A stretch of 64,000 nucleotides of DNA from Phoronis australis (lineage: Eukaryota; Animalia; Phoronida): the NCBI GenBank assembly GCA_002633005.1, contig NMRA01000868.1, forward strand, positions 1 through 64,000. Reading direction: 5' to 3'. Under the pieces are notes generated by a model. That model did not search any database and was not told the origin of the DNA. It saw nothing but the letters and a program-made list of their open reading frames with translations. The first letter of the stretch is position 1. Every line of letters begins with the position of its first letter. This document shows, in pieces, positions 14,001 to 29,000 of the stretch. Both the position numbers and the translations under genes were made by a program.

Positions 14001-17000
14001 AATCGACCTATTGATTGGATCTACTACTACTACAATGTTGTTGACGACAACGTAATCAGAGGTCCAGGATACACAGCTGTAAAATCAAAACTAGGCTACT
14101 TGTTGTGTGGGCTTACAAACGTACCTGTAACCGCAATTGATGCCCACATGAACACAAAGACTTTTATGAGAGTCTCAACAGATGCCCCCGACATATTCAA
14201 TTATTGGGATTTGGAAACAATTGGCATTAGCGACAACACTAAAGAAGCAGGTTTTGACACCAATGCCTATTGCGTTGACAATATCACACGTGATGACAAT
14301 TTCCGCTTACCATGGAAGGCTGACCATGACCCCCTGCCCACTAACTACGCTATTACTCAAACCCGTACGCGATCGATGATTAAACGCCTTTACCAGAAAA
14401 CGCTAGAAATCTACAATTATGTCATCAATGACCAGCTGATGAAGGACTTCATTGAACCCGTTTCGGTCGATGACCTGAACACTGGTCATTATATCCCTCC
14501 CCAACCAGGAACGAAAGTCAGCACGACGGCACCATGATCAGAGTGGTTTATGACTGCGGCTGTTCCACGCAACGTAAACCCACTCTTAACGACTGTCTGG
14601 AAACAGGTGCACCCCTACTGAATGACCTTGTTTCATTCTTGATACAAAAAACGGGGTGAGCGCTGAGGCGCCTGTCTATGTTGCGAGTTCTGGTGGGTGT
14701 TGATCCTCGGGTTGGGTACTTCGATGGAGTGCATCTTGGCGTAGGGGGGGCGTCTATTGATATTACTCAATGTAGCGAGGTACATGATACATTTGTATGT
14801 AATACTCGGCAATGGGCGGACTTTGCATCGAACGAGGTTGTTTGGCGTCTGAACGACGTTTTCGTGGAGTAGACTAGACATCAAAGTTATGAGTAAACTA
14901 CAAACGCATGAGGTGCCCCTTTGACTGTAACAGTGTAAAAAATGTATCTCCTGTTAATAAGTATATAACAAATATGTGTAGGAATCCACGTCAATAGAAT
15001 CATATCAAATGCAAGGAGCTTTTGATGTGCATGTCATTGCAGTGCAGAGATGCTCAACAGCAAATGCTGGTCGTCCTTCGTGCTAATACTTACATTCATT
15101 ACACATTTTGATGTCACAACTACGCCACGAGGGCACATCCTCTGTTTCTATGTAACACCAAGGACCACCCTCCCAATGATCTGGATTCCGACAAAGGTTC
15201 GTCATTTGCACGACTTTTGACCACTCCTTAAAGGATGAGGCTAAACGTTCATTTGTGGACATGTGCCTCTGAACTTCAAGACTACCCCATACTCTGCAAT
15301 TTTGTCCCGTCTTGGCGTTGTGAACCGGACCGTTGTAGTCAAGTCCGGTAGGGTCACCTTTGCATCCGAGGTTTTTCACTGCAAGGGAAACAAAGATACC
15401 TTAAAAGTAGCTAAGGTAGATAGTAAGGGCCATCATGGAAAGCAGTGTGAACTGATGGGGCTACCCTAATTGTAAATATTACATTAATAGATAAATAAAA
15501 GTATATCTTGCTGAGGTTCCCTTTGGATAAGGTCAGTTTACGCAGTGCACTATTTAGAAAGCACTCTTAATACTTTTCGTTACTAAGGCGTTCATTATGA
15601 GAAATATTAAACTAATGTGGACCTCTTCGAAAGACCCCAATGTTTCAGATGGATCTCAAGGTGGATCAAGAATTGAGCTTCAGAGAAACGAATGTGGTTA
15701 TACAGCATGAGGACACAGCCTTTAAAACAAGTTGACGTCATTTTGCACGTCTTGCTTGTTTGCGCCGTTTTCCTGAAGGTCTGATTCTTTATCTTCAACA
15801 GCATAGTAACGCAATTCAGTTCTGACAGTTTTTATTGACATGTAACTGTTTCCCATTTCCAACGAATAGCTGAACAATAAAATGAGAACCGACATTTCCA
15901 AGATCCAAACATACAATCCACCACACATTGTGTTCTCTTTTGTTGTAGTTCTGTTCAGCTTGGCCATTTGGATTTCGAATGGCGCCAAAACAAACCGCCG
16001 GCAAGGGTAACTCGAGTCCCCAAGACAAACACCAATGCTCTCATCATTCACAAAACAAGTGCAGACGCGAAAGTTATGAAAAATGCGTGCGCCATGTGTC
16101 GATCCTGGCTACTTTGCAACAAGGTTGATGAATTTTGAACTCGACTGTACATTCATTGACATGATTTTTCCTGCACTTCCACAATGCTAGTTTCGGTATA
16201 TTTGGGGCTTGAATAGGAATGTGTGTTCCGTCCATGCAACCTAATGCGCATGGAAATCCTGAGATTTCTCTGAATTTGCTGCGTGCATGTATGACAACTG
16301 CTTATCGGTCTGCGGGTCTCTGGATGACAATTCTGGCTTTGTAAGCTATTGCCAATGAAAGGCCGTATACAATCTCGAATGTTCCAGTTGCATGAGAGCG
16401 AAGTGCAACCTGCACTTGGATTGCTTGTGGGATAGAGCATCCACGGTTGTATTAAGCTTCTGGGAAATCTTTCTCAAGTAGAGTTAGCATGTAATTAAAT
16501 ACTGTCTTTGTGAATCGATGCCGCTTTCGGAATTTTCTGTCACTTAGCTTAGCTGTTGTTAATACACTGTGCTTCACTGTAATTTATAGCCGTTAAATAT
16601 CCTCTTTACGCAACGGAAACCAACGTTTCATTTAGACCACGTATCCTTGGTATGGTATAAATATCTAGTTGTTGCTTGATGACTGACATTTGCTATTATT
16701 GAAGACCGCTTTTAGTTTGTGATTTGTCGTGTCATGGCAATTTATTCAGCTGACATGGTCTCAAACAAAATAAACTGGCAGTTCTTAGCAAAATCAAAGC
16801 ATATTTCTGCTCTGAATTAGCAACGGTTATGATTAACTTTATACTAGTGAGTGGTTTACACCTAATGTAGTTTATTCCATGCATTTTCTTAGTTTTTGAA
16901 GTTTCAGTTAGCTAATGTGAAATCAATACCATAAAATGCAACTAAATAAGCATTTTTTACGCAAAATAGTAGCCATTTTTTTGAAGAAAATTTTTAATTT

Positions 17001-20000
17001 CCAAGTTTCCCGTAATGCCTGGAATATGTTTGGTCACTTGACAAGCAATATTAATGGTGAAACACAACAGATCAGAGGACGAGGATGATTTTGAGCGAAA
17101 TCTGCACAATTTTTATGGAAACAAATCTAGGAGAGTGTGTACGGGCATCGCACTCATGTACTTGAAGAATTTAACAATGATATGGACTTCTCACTTAGCG
17201 ATTGTTCGTCCTGTTTTAGGCCGTATGAACTCAAACCACTTGTACGAGAAATGCTGCAGGCTTACAGTATGTGAGCCCCAAGCGACTGAACCATGGGTTC
17301 TCAATATTCACGAAACAGACATTTATTATTCACAGACAAAGGCCACAGTAGACCTGGGTCACTCATATCCATTATTGTCATGATGGAATGAGCCCACGGT
17401 CTAAAAACAATGGATAAGTCTACGTGTCGTAGGAATTGATCTGCGCCGTTGCCTTGGCCCCGGAATCACCAGTGGCGGACTTAGGTGGTTGGATCAAGGG
17501 AGCCATGGCTCCCCGAAAGTCTCCCAGATTCCATTTGGCAGTTCGGGGGTGTGAATATCAGACGGGCAAAACCCTGGCTAATACTCAGTTCTGGCACCCT
17601 CACTCAAAATACTGGATTCGCCCCATATCATTGGGCCAAGAATAGAACAAAATTGCTAATCATTTATAAACTTTGTAAATATACTTTCAAGGTGGCAGGT
17701 CCTTCATCGAGCCTCGATTCCTTTAAATGTGCCGACCAAAGTGTGCATCACAAATTGAATCGCAATTTCCACACAGACATTCCACTCGATCGTGCGGCGC
17801 CATAACCGAAGTTTTGTGCAACTTTAGGAAATTTGAAAAGATAAAAAGATCTCATTCAAGTTGCAACAGCCTCTACAAACGACCTTTTTCATGTCTGAAA
17901 AGGGCGGCTGTCAGCGGATTTCTGTCACAACACCTCAATATCACACTGGTAAAAGAACAACGGAGGAGACAAGTCTTCCACCCAATACGTAAAACACCAT
18001 CGTCTTTCCAACTTGCAACCGCTTAGATTTTTTGATCCTATTACAATTTTTGATCAGTGACAGCTGGTATCACAGCAAGCCGTTATTACCCGTAACCAAG
18101 GGTGGTCGTCTGTACAGATTACGTTTGGTTATATAGTAGTTCAGGTGGTTCGCAATCTTGCACACGTTCACGTTGCAGACATAGGCACTTCGACAAGGTA
18201 TCGACGAAGAAGCCATCCTGTGTGTCGCGGGTTCTGTATGTCCCGCTGTAGTAGTTGTGATTCCCCCCTGTACAAAATGTGCAAGCTGAATGTACATTTA
18301 TTTAAATGTCAGCATACTGGCGGGTATTCATTACAACACCCGTGTGCTTCTTTCAAATACGCCTACATGTATGCCGAACAATTTCTCCACGGTACAACTG
18401 TTACTTTCTAACCGATTTCTGGTCAGTGTTCGACAGGCCAATAAAATTAATGCAAAGCCGCCGATTTTGACCCAGGTAAAATCTCGCACACAACAAACGA
18501 AAAGGCGCATTTTAAAGACCCGTTACATACATGCATATGTGACAAAAATATTCAAATTGCCTTTAAATCAAAAAAGCTATTCAAAGATGGCCTGAGAAAA
18601 AACTAAGTTGAAAATGTTAACAAACCCAGAGAGTTTTGGCAGCTAGTAAAATCATGCTCCAGGAAAAAGATGTCAAATACTTCTATTTCTGCCGATGAAT
18701 GGTTTTGCCACTTTCAGTCACTCTTAAACCAAGAAAATTCTGATAAGGGATGTACATGTATGCTTGGACAAGCAGAAAGAATCTTGGCAAGCCATGAGGA
18801 GTATTGCAATGACTGTCTGGTAGACGACCCAAATCAGCTGAATGATTTTAGTGAATGTAGGATTTTTGTCGCTCTTCGAGACCTGCCGAACGGTAAAGCT
18901 CATAGTGGTGACTGACTTGTTGATGAATTTTTTAAATCCACCAAATATCATGCACCACCTCTTTTGTCAAACATTTTTAACAGTGGTCAATCTTGCCTGT
19001 TCTCGGGAAAATTTTTACAAAACTTCTAAATACTGGTTTAACAAGTTGGGCAAACAATAACGACTCAATTAACGAAGCTGATGCTGGTTTTAGAAAGGAC
19101 ATTGCACAATAGACCAAATTTTTACCTTACAAGGAATTGTTGAGAAGTACCATGAGTAAGTGTTGGGGCAGATTTTCTGTTATATATATGGATTTTTCTA
19201 GGGCCTTTGACAACATTTCACATAAATGTTTGTAGAATAGGCTGCATAAAATAGAGTTCATGGTAGTGTTTAAAAATTGATGAAAAGTATGTATTCAAAG
19301 CCAAGAGTGTGTGTACATGTAAGAATTGAGCGTGGGTTAACTGGCTTTTTCAGTAATTTGTAGTCGACAAGGGTGTATGCTTAGTCCATTTTATTGAGTG
19401 TGCATTTAGACGACTTTGTTGCTTACTTGGTAATTTTAAAGACTGTGTTGTACATGACAGTGCAGATTATCTCCTATGACAAAAATAGTTTTAGTATTCA
19501 TAGGGAAACTACAGATGCTGCAATTAACATGAAACAATTCTGGAATTTAATGAAAGTAAATTTGCGCAAAATGAAGTCTACATGTATATCCTCGATCACA
19601 CCTGATATAGCGAATTGTTACTATGATGATTTACTAAAGTTCAGATCTGTGAAGATGTGCAAAATAATGCTGTTCATGTATTTAATGCCCATGGGATTTT
19701 TTGCTAAGACTGTGAGGGAAATAACCTTGAATCCTTGAATTGTAATTTTACTGGGACTGAGATCGAAACGGCTATCCAATCGCTCTCCTTCGGAAAGGCC
19801 ACAGGTATTGTTTGTTGAAGTGTTAAAGCGCGTCAGTAGTCAAATAAGTAATTTACTAGTGGCTCTGTTCAACACGATTTTACACAGTGGGTGGTACCCA
19901 CAGTCCTTGTGAGAGGTTATTTTAGTACAATCTCTGTTTAAACAAGGGGATGTCAATGACCCTAATAATTATAGGGGATTTTCCTTTCTGCCAGTAATCG

Positions 20001-23000
20001 GAAAAGCTTTTACTAAATATTTAATTGTGCGCCTTGCTGATTGAGTAATGGAGAATAGTAAATTTTACGAATTCCTGGAGGGTTCCGAAAGGAATATATA
20101 TGTAGCACTGTAGACCAAATTATTACATAGTCAACTACATATGGTTGATAAGTACATCAGAAAACAAGGACATCGTTTCTACTAACTACTGTCCATTCAG
20201 TGATTTTCTAATGCATCTGACAAGATCCCCCATCAGTTGCTTTGGCTCAGATTACAAAAATTGGAGTTCATGGTGATTTTTTAAAAAAATTACAATCAAT
20301 GTAGAGCAAACGTCGGACGGGTGTGCGGACGCAGGTTGGTATAACTGATGTTTTTGATTGCAGTATTGGTACTAGTCAAGGTTGTTTGTTAAGCCTCCTT
20401 TTGTTTACATTGTATTCGAATGAATTTGTAGAATGCAATGACGAAGGTATTTTTTCTAAGTCAAAATGTCTCTGATGTGAAAGTATTGTTATATGCCGAT
20501 GATATGGCCTTCTGTACTTACTCTCTGCAGAAACTAGCAAATGTCCTACCACGAATGGGGCATGTCTCTAAATTTAGTATCAAGAGCAACGCAGAGCGTT
20601 GATATGCGTCCACGAATGCATTGTAAATGGTGTACCAAATGGAATACACTTGAGTTTGGTCACCAGTTATGGATGACTTGGGGCACGCACGCGTAATTTG
20701 TACGACGCACTTTATGTCTGTAATTCTTGGGCACGGGTTTACAGGCTCAAAGTTGAATTTCAGGTGTACAGCCATGGTATTGCTTCAACAGCCTGTGATT
20801 ATATCCAGTTGCACTTAGCCATCCTGGGGCAAGGGAGTTAAATATTTTTTACAACAGGTCTGCATCAATTAAATAACATGTTGTACCGAACTTAATTTGA
20901 TGGGTTAACCCATTTAAGCCCAGTAGGTCATATGTGCAACACCATGATTCGCGAACCATAAAACATTGAAAATCAGAGATATTGAGCCAATTTTTTAAGC
21001 TATGTCAGAATAGTTAATCATTTAACTACTAGATGTCGCTCTCAAGCCATTAAACCAAGTTTACTATAGTAATTTTGTCATTGTATCGCCACTTAGCACT
21101 TCTGACAACGCATGCTGACTGCACGACAAAGGTGTTTTTTTTTCATATTATTAATTTTAAAAAAAACTTGCATTATATTTTGATTAAGCTATATGGAATA
21201 TATGTAACTTGAAAATTCCATAATATAACTGAATATGGGTAGTGAAATTTGACTGCACCTGAATGTCACACAAAAGACCCAGTGGTACAACAACGAAACG
21301 AGACCACGATCAAAAGTTGATCCATTGCACTGAAGTGAACTATACAAACTTGATAGTCATTTACAACTAAATTTTGTGAACTAAACTCATATAACTTGAG
21401 CTCTAAAGAAAAATAAGCACACTGATAACACTAATGCACATCTAAAACATCAAACACCACTCCAAGCAAGTTGGAGATAGTGGCATGATTTGTGAAATAA
21501 CAGTTATATAGCAAACATTTGTTGGGGTAGGCGCTGGCTGTCGCAGTCACTACCTTTGTCGAAACCCGACACATCTGTACATTAAATTTTGCCAATGCCG
21601 CTCTTGTGAAGACGACACCGCAAGTCCTGAATGAATGACAAATATACGAGAAGAAAATTCTGTCCTGCCTTGTGTACTTTAAGGGCTGAATACACTGTAC
21701 TGTGTATTATCAATAAACCATCAACGATACTATCAAATAAGGAATTTCATTTATTGTCACTAGTGATTTGAATGTTAGTCAGTTTGCCTTGTTATGAACG
21801 TGATAATAACCCCTGAACTAGAAGTATTTGATGAATGTTCATTCCAGAGGCACTCAGGGCTGCACTAATTTTTTCACTTCATAATTACCAAAGAAAGGCT
21901 TATCTCATGCAACAATTAACAATTGTCTCGAAATAACTCATAAATTAGTCCCAATTATGGATATTTTAGCAGACACAGTATTTGTTATCTAAGTTTAGTT
22001 TTAATTTTGTTTCAAAAACGTATGTGGATTTTAAGACCAACTTTCTGTCTGAAGTCCTAAGTCATTGTTCATGAAACAGAACCCCGGGGCCACAGTTCTT
22101 ACAATTCTCAAACACCAAGCTGATAATGCCCCAACTGGATTGCCTATGACTACACCCCTTTGACCGACATCATACTTCCGAAAAATAAAGTAAATGATAT
22201 ATCATTGGGTTTATGTAATTTCACAGGATTCTAAAACGCTTAAATGACTCCAATGACATTGAATATTTTGCATTAAGAACGGCCATTACGATTATCTCAA
22301 AGCTTATTCACAAAAATCAGCCATTTTTACACTATTTCACTTGGTCTAGCGAAATACCCTATCTTGATTCTCGGGGAACTTCAAATACAAAATATATACC
22401 GTGTAGCTAGACAAAAAGATTTAGCAGAACAACCTTGGAAACGCACAACCGCGTGGATGCACTGTACTTGTTTACAGCTTGTCCTGGGCTGTCATTCAAA
22501 TCGAGTCTCCGCCACGTACAGTGTAGCTGATGTGCCCTCAGTCCTTTCATTCACCCAGTCGCCATAATATTGATTCAATGAGGTATTGTCATGATGACGG
22601 TGCCGGGAAAACAAAGACGATCCTGAAGGAGTTGCGCATTTGCATGCATACGACAGTTGAGAACGAATGCTACCTGTCGCCTCAGGCCTTTGTTGTCATG
22701 GATACAGCAAGTTTTGATCCCATGCTAACAATATGCTGTTATCCATTTTTACTTGGTTTAGCCATATCGGTGTCCGGCACGTGACGTGTACAGACTATGA
22801 GTGAAACGATAAACTGTATCCTACATTTAAGTACGTCAAACAACAGCAACAATTGATCCCGATTGATCCCACCTCGTGGCTGGGGACAGTTTTTTTAACG
22901 ATAATTCAATTAATTACGCACTGCAAATTCAGTTGATCATGTGAGTGAATGTTGAAATAGCTAACATGGTTAAGGCATGTATAGATTATATTTAACGAAA

Positions 23001-26000
23001 ACAAGTTTTCACCGAATAATCAACCGAAGACAGACTTCCACAATTACCAGTTTAATCAGCTTTTTCTCGGCTTCAACAAAGCGACTTTATTTGAAACTAG
23101 GAACATGAATTCTCAAAAACGGGTTGATGGATTTTGCTGAAGTATTGCAAATTTATTACATATTCATCAATCTCAAAAATACTTTTTGGATTTTTGATAT
23201 GAATGTCCAGTTTCTGCGTAATGAAATAAAAACGACTTCTAAATTTAAAAAAAACTTGCGCTTTGCCAGTTGATTTATTATAGAAACCAAATGAAGAGAC
23301 TTATCGAAAATTTCTAACAGCGTTTTGAGGTAAATGGTGAAGTTTTCATTGAAATAAGTTTTCATTAAAATCGACGTAAGCGTTACATTGCTATGAATAT
23401 ATACATTTCTTAAAAATGAAATTTTGACTTAAAATGTGTTAATGAAATAATAATAATTACGACAAATAAATTCGAAATATATTTTTATATTTCCTGATCA
23501 TTTTCTTTCAGAAAATATATACTATTATTGGTTGAAAAAGCTTAGTTTTTTTCATACGAGCTAGAAAAAGAGGCCGCTAAAAAGGTTTGAGAAAACCTTA
23601 ATCTACTCGAAATAGGATCGACCGTTATTTTTGGAATTTGGGCATCTCATAGGAGTTTTTTATCAAAATCTTCCCAGTGTTGTGGTTAGGCCACTTCCAT
23701 TTGAACGCGTAAGTGGCACAAACCCGCGCACAACGTCTCAATTAACTGCTTAGATGGTGTGGTCACATTGGTGTGACTATTTAGTAAAACAATTATTGAC
23801 TTTCGTATTTTAACATTTTGTTTGTCATACTCGGGAATAACGGTTATTGTGAAGTTTGCGTGACATTAACGCTAAACTGGCGCATAGGTTTGAGGTCGCT
23901 TGTGTAACTAAACAGTCTCGGCTAATTAACGAACGAAATACCGTCAGATTTTTATTATTTCATTGCAGTGTGTACTTACTCAGTGTGTCATAGTTGTATT
24001 GTCTTCAGTTTGCATATCTACGGCTACGAACCCTATTAAAAAAGTAAGAGTCTGCAAATCATGCTTTTTAGTGATCACTTACTCGATATCGATCTCACTT
24101 TCGACCAGTTGTTTGGTGATATGCTCCCTCGATTACTCTTCGCCGCCGAGAAAGAAATTCCTTGCCAGTTGCTCCCTTTAGACCTTGCCACAGACAGTCA
24201 TATTTAATTCTTAATGACGAGGTTTTCAGCACTCATTAGATGCTTCCTGGAGGTTCATCCGCCAAGTACATCTACCGAAAATATTTTAAATGTGATACAA
24301 TTATCCAAGTGTGGCACACAATTGAAACTTACCGTTTTGACACTCTTCAATTCCGCAGTAGTCCCACAATGGGAATCTGCCATCGATATAACACCAAGGA
24401 CCATTTGGACTGTAGTCCGTATTTCTACAGAGATTTGACCTCTGCACATGCATGGGCATGTGGTTAAATCCCAATTCTCCTCTTTCTGTCTCGTGAAGTC
24501 TTCTGACCACATCTGGGTGTGACCAGCTCATACACCGTTCCCCTCTGTAAGTGGTCTGTTTCGATCCAATATAGTCCCTCCCAAACAGTTGCCTTGTGCA
24601 CGGTTCTGCAACACACGGTAGGTTATGAACTTCATAATTTAATAGAATACATGACAACGCATTAACACATCAATCTTAAGTGTCGCATCACTTAATTCCA
24701 ATGCTCTCATAAACTATTCGATGAGATTCAGCTAGTATCAAGTTATCCAATACGAGCCAATAGTTGGCACAACCAGCAAAAATAACCTAAACAAAAAGCG
24801 CGCTGTAAACATGAACCTTTGTAAAAGCATCTGTGAACTATTAATTTGTAACATGTGATTGCTACCTCACGAAGTTTTACACTCGTCCTTATTTTGAACC
24901 TTTGCCACCACCTCCACATGTTTCGACCTTTTAAATTCAGAACGATGTTGTCTGTAAGTGGTACTGATACACATATAGCTGAGCAGGTATAAGGAATTAT
25001 AGTTTATTAGATCAAACACACATGATCTCGTAGAAAAGAATTTGGTGATGAGGTTCAGAAATAGGGCTAAATCATTCGGTGACAAATATGCGTTCAAGAT
25101 GGCTTTCATCGTAGGTTAAGAATAGTTTGACAAAGTATGAAAATGTTTTTCCTAAGTATTATCAATCATATAGGAATATTTCTACTATCTTAATAACAAT
25201 TAATATGACACAAAATAATTAGCTTGGCCTAAGAAGAGGTTTACTATCAAATTATTATGTTATGGTTTGGAAATCAGGACAATTTTGTATAAAGCGTCAA
25301 GCAACACTGGATTTTTTATTCGATTTTGTATGAGGCTTAACTCGAATTGCCAGTAATAGTAAATGAAAGCTTCTCTAAGCTGTTCTGAACTGTTCTCTAT
25401 CAGCGTGGTGGCCGGACTCATTGAGGGTTGTGCTCTGAAAAAGGCCTCATAGCAGTTGCAAAGCCCTCTGTAGCTATTATTACTGTGACGCTGCTTGAGC
25501 TTCTAGCATTCGTCTGTCTTTAATCGTAGAGCTGTTCATCTAACACCAGACTTCTTGTTCCAACCCGGTTCACTTGGTGACGGAAGGTCTGCACGAATGG
25601 TCATCATTTTGGCTCCCAGACGGGTAGCAGATCTCGGTGTTCTGGTTCACTGCAACCTTAGCAGGAGGAAGACCACCAATACATCTGGCTTTCTTGCTGA
25701 AAAGTTGTTTCCTTCTTTGGCTCATAATCTATGCTGATGCAATTATACAGCAAGACCGCGTACCGCTCCAGCGGTTGGATCCAGTTGTCAAAGGCAGATG
25801 GGTACACAAAGTACCTGAGGCGCAGTGTTACATGTACGTTTTCCCTGGATGAGGGGCGCAGGTTTTCACTTGTCGGTGGTAATAACTTTCGATACCTTGA
25901 TACACTGAATATTGATTCGGGTTAATCGATTTATTAATTTCGACCGTGTGTTTAAAAATCTAATCGAAAAGAATAATACGCAATGCACAGGTGTTTAGTA

Positions 26001-29000
26001 ACATATTCTATTCGCCAAGCAGTGCTGCGACCCCTATTATTGGGGATCGCTTCAATCAATTGTTGTTATAGTTCAAAAGCCTACTATCTTTAGAGATGGC
26101 ACGTTGCATCTTGTAGTTCCGCAAGTGCTTCACAACTCAACTCTTTATATTAACTTAATTTCATCTCATCTTCAACTTCAACGTGCAGTCAGTTACAATG
26201 TTCTGGAAACTTTCACCAGTAACACTTTCCAGACTTTTGCGAGCTTCAATCAAAAAATCAAAGCTTTAAATTGTTTCGCACTAATTCCCTAGTTACTTAT
26301 GAGATGAGACTTTTTTTGCTGTGAAGTCGCCCATTTTCTATAACAAACATATTACTTCAACACCAAAATGGCTCCAAAGAAAATTCTTCTGGGTTACTTT
26401 CTAGTTTCCTGTAGTAAACAAATTACTTCATCTGTTGCCCTTGCCTCCTGAACAGGACACCTTTTCACATTCATCGAAGGGATGGGGCATCACCGAGGAC
26501 GCAGATGGGTCGGGACAAAGAACTTTGACGATCTCATGGAAGGTGGTTTACCTGAAGGTCTTTACATCACCAAAGACAATCTAATGCGTTCAGATGTGTT
26601 GAGGTGACTGACTGATGCTACAGCTAAGACTGCCACGCCTGCATCAACTGCACTTTATTCACTGTCTGCCTGTGTTGCGGGTTCCGGTATAACGAATATA
26701 CACTGTACATGTACACGTTTCAGCCACCCCACGCTTGTATGGCACAAGTGCAGATATGTCGTTTCAAATGCAGCAAAAATGCCACATCCTTTGTTTAATA
26801 GAGCTAATGTCTATCACGCTAGAAGACAGGCTGCTGTCGTCCATGTGGAGAAACCGCCTCCAATGTCCAGGAACTGACAAACAAGCACATCACCATCACA
26901 GCACACTTGAAGTTTTAGATTGTCTAAAATGTGCTCAAATTGAAATCTGCTGTGACATTTATTGTGACTTTAAGAGGTGTCTTTGAGGTTTTGATTGGAA
27001 AAATTTCCAAAAGTAAAAGTTCGCGGTCATTTTCCCAAAATCCCGATTCCCAAAATACGATTTTCATAGTCCCGACGATTGAAACTGCAATAACTACGTT
27101 CCCGGAGTTAAATTTGGTTTGATCTCAGTCCTAATAAGTCTTTATTCCAGAATTAAAGCTCCTTTCCACGCATTTCCCAAATAACGGTCTCAGAAATTAT
27201 TTCATTGGCTATACGGTGCACCATGAGATCAATGTTGTCAGAGTACATAAATAAAGCCTATTTAGATATTCCTTTATCCGGTTATTTTGGGAAAAATGAA
27301 GTTTAAAAGAAACAGTGTATCCATGGTGTCCCTGATGTTTTCCAGGGGATAGAAAGAGAAATGCTGCATAATTGCGAATCCCGGACTATTGGTGTGGAGG
27401 TATCCTTTAACTTAAGAAAATACGTAGCGAAAAGCTTGCAGTCGCCTGTTGATCAGCATCTTTCGAATCACACCGGGATAATACCAGCCTGAACGTAGCC
27501 GCTATAAACTGTTCCATCATAAAAGAAGGCACCTCCAAATGCACATTTTCAGATGGCCTTTAAGTGGTAAATCATTCCTTTAGGGAAAATGGCCTAAAAG
27601 TCAAATAGGAGCCTGGCGGCCTTTCAATTTGTATTTAGAGGATTTGCTAGTAAATGTATTTTCACACTGTCTCTGCTTTTGCTTCTAGCTAGAACAATAT
27701 CATATTTATGGTTTCGAAATCATCACTCGTTTTACAGCACGGGGCAGCAATAACGCCAGTCTATACTCACCGCTTGTTGTTGACTTTTTCACTGAAAAAT
27801 GGAAAATGGCTATCAAACCTGTTACGGAAACAACGCGGACAGAACTGAAAGAAATTTAATCGGAATTTGTGAAACAACATTGTTCAGATATTGATTTTTT
27901 GCTAACGTAAAAGGCTTTTGTACAAGAATGAAACACGCTCAACTATGCTTAGCTCACTCATTACTGCGCAGAGTTTGGCAATTGCAATTCATGTCTTAAA
28001 GACGATCTAAAATGAGCCAACTACTATGTTGAATACATGAATTTGGTATAAAAAAAATCTCTTTTGTTTTATTCCAATTAACCACTAACTAATTACTACG
28101 CCTTTTATGATCCTCATACTATGTGCCCCCATCGGAAACCCCTTTTACCTTTTCGACAAATCACATTTGACTGTTCTATAGACATCACACATTACCGCAC
28201 TAACCACAGCCTGAACAGCTGATCCCCTGCCGAGACAATGAAAATTTAAATTGTTTGCTAAAGGAACGCCATAGATTAGAAACAGGGCCGAGGTTAGGCA
28301 TCAATGTAAATTGATAATGCGATTACTAACCAAAACAAACGTGTCAGGTAAAGCACCCTTCGAACCCAACACACTGACAGCGGCGTAGATCTCGGATAGG
28401 GCGCTATCGATTCACTCACGGCGAACCCACAGGCATCCTCAGCTTCTGTTCGTCCCCAATACTCTACACATAATACTACAAGGTATGACATTCCGGGTTA
28501 GAAATTCCACGGCTGCTTCGATTCAGCCGTCCATATCAAACACATAACTCAATAAAAATACACAGAACAGGGGTTCAACAAACCATGAACAATTGTTCTT
28601 TCTTATACTACCATCAACGGTGCCCTGTTCCGGCAACTTCGTAAGAAATTCACAGTAAACGAACAAAAATGTTCCTAAAAAGTCCAAACACACTTACAAC
28701 CGTGTCGGTTAAAGGTCAAGGATGGTACGGAAATTACCGATGAATTACAGATGGGCGGCGTTATCGACATCGTGACTTTACCCGACAAACCGGCAATTTC
28801 CGTACCGTCCTTGACCTTGAACCAGCACGGTTGTGTGTTTGGACTTTTTGGGAACATTTTTGTTCTTTGACTGCGAATTTCTTACGAAGTTGCCGGAACA
28901 GGACACCGTGAATGGTATTATATGAAAGAACAATTGTTCATTGCTTGGTGAACCCCTGTTTTGTGTAACTTTATTGAGTTATGCGTTTGATATGGACGGC

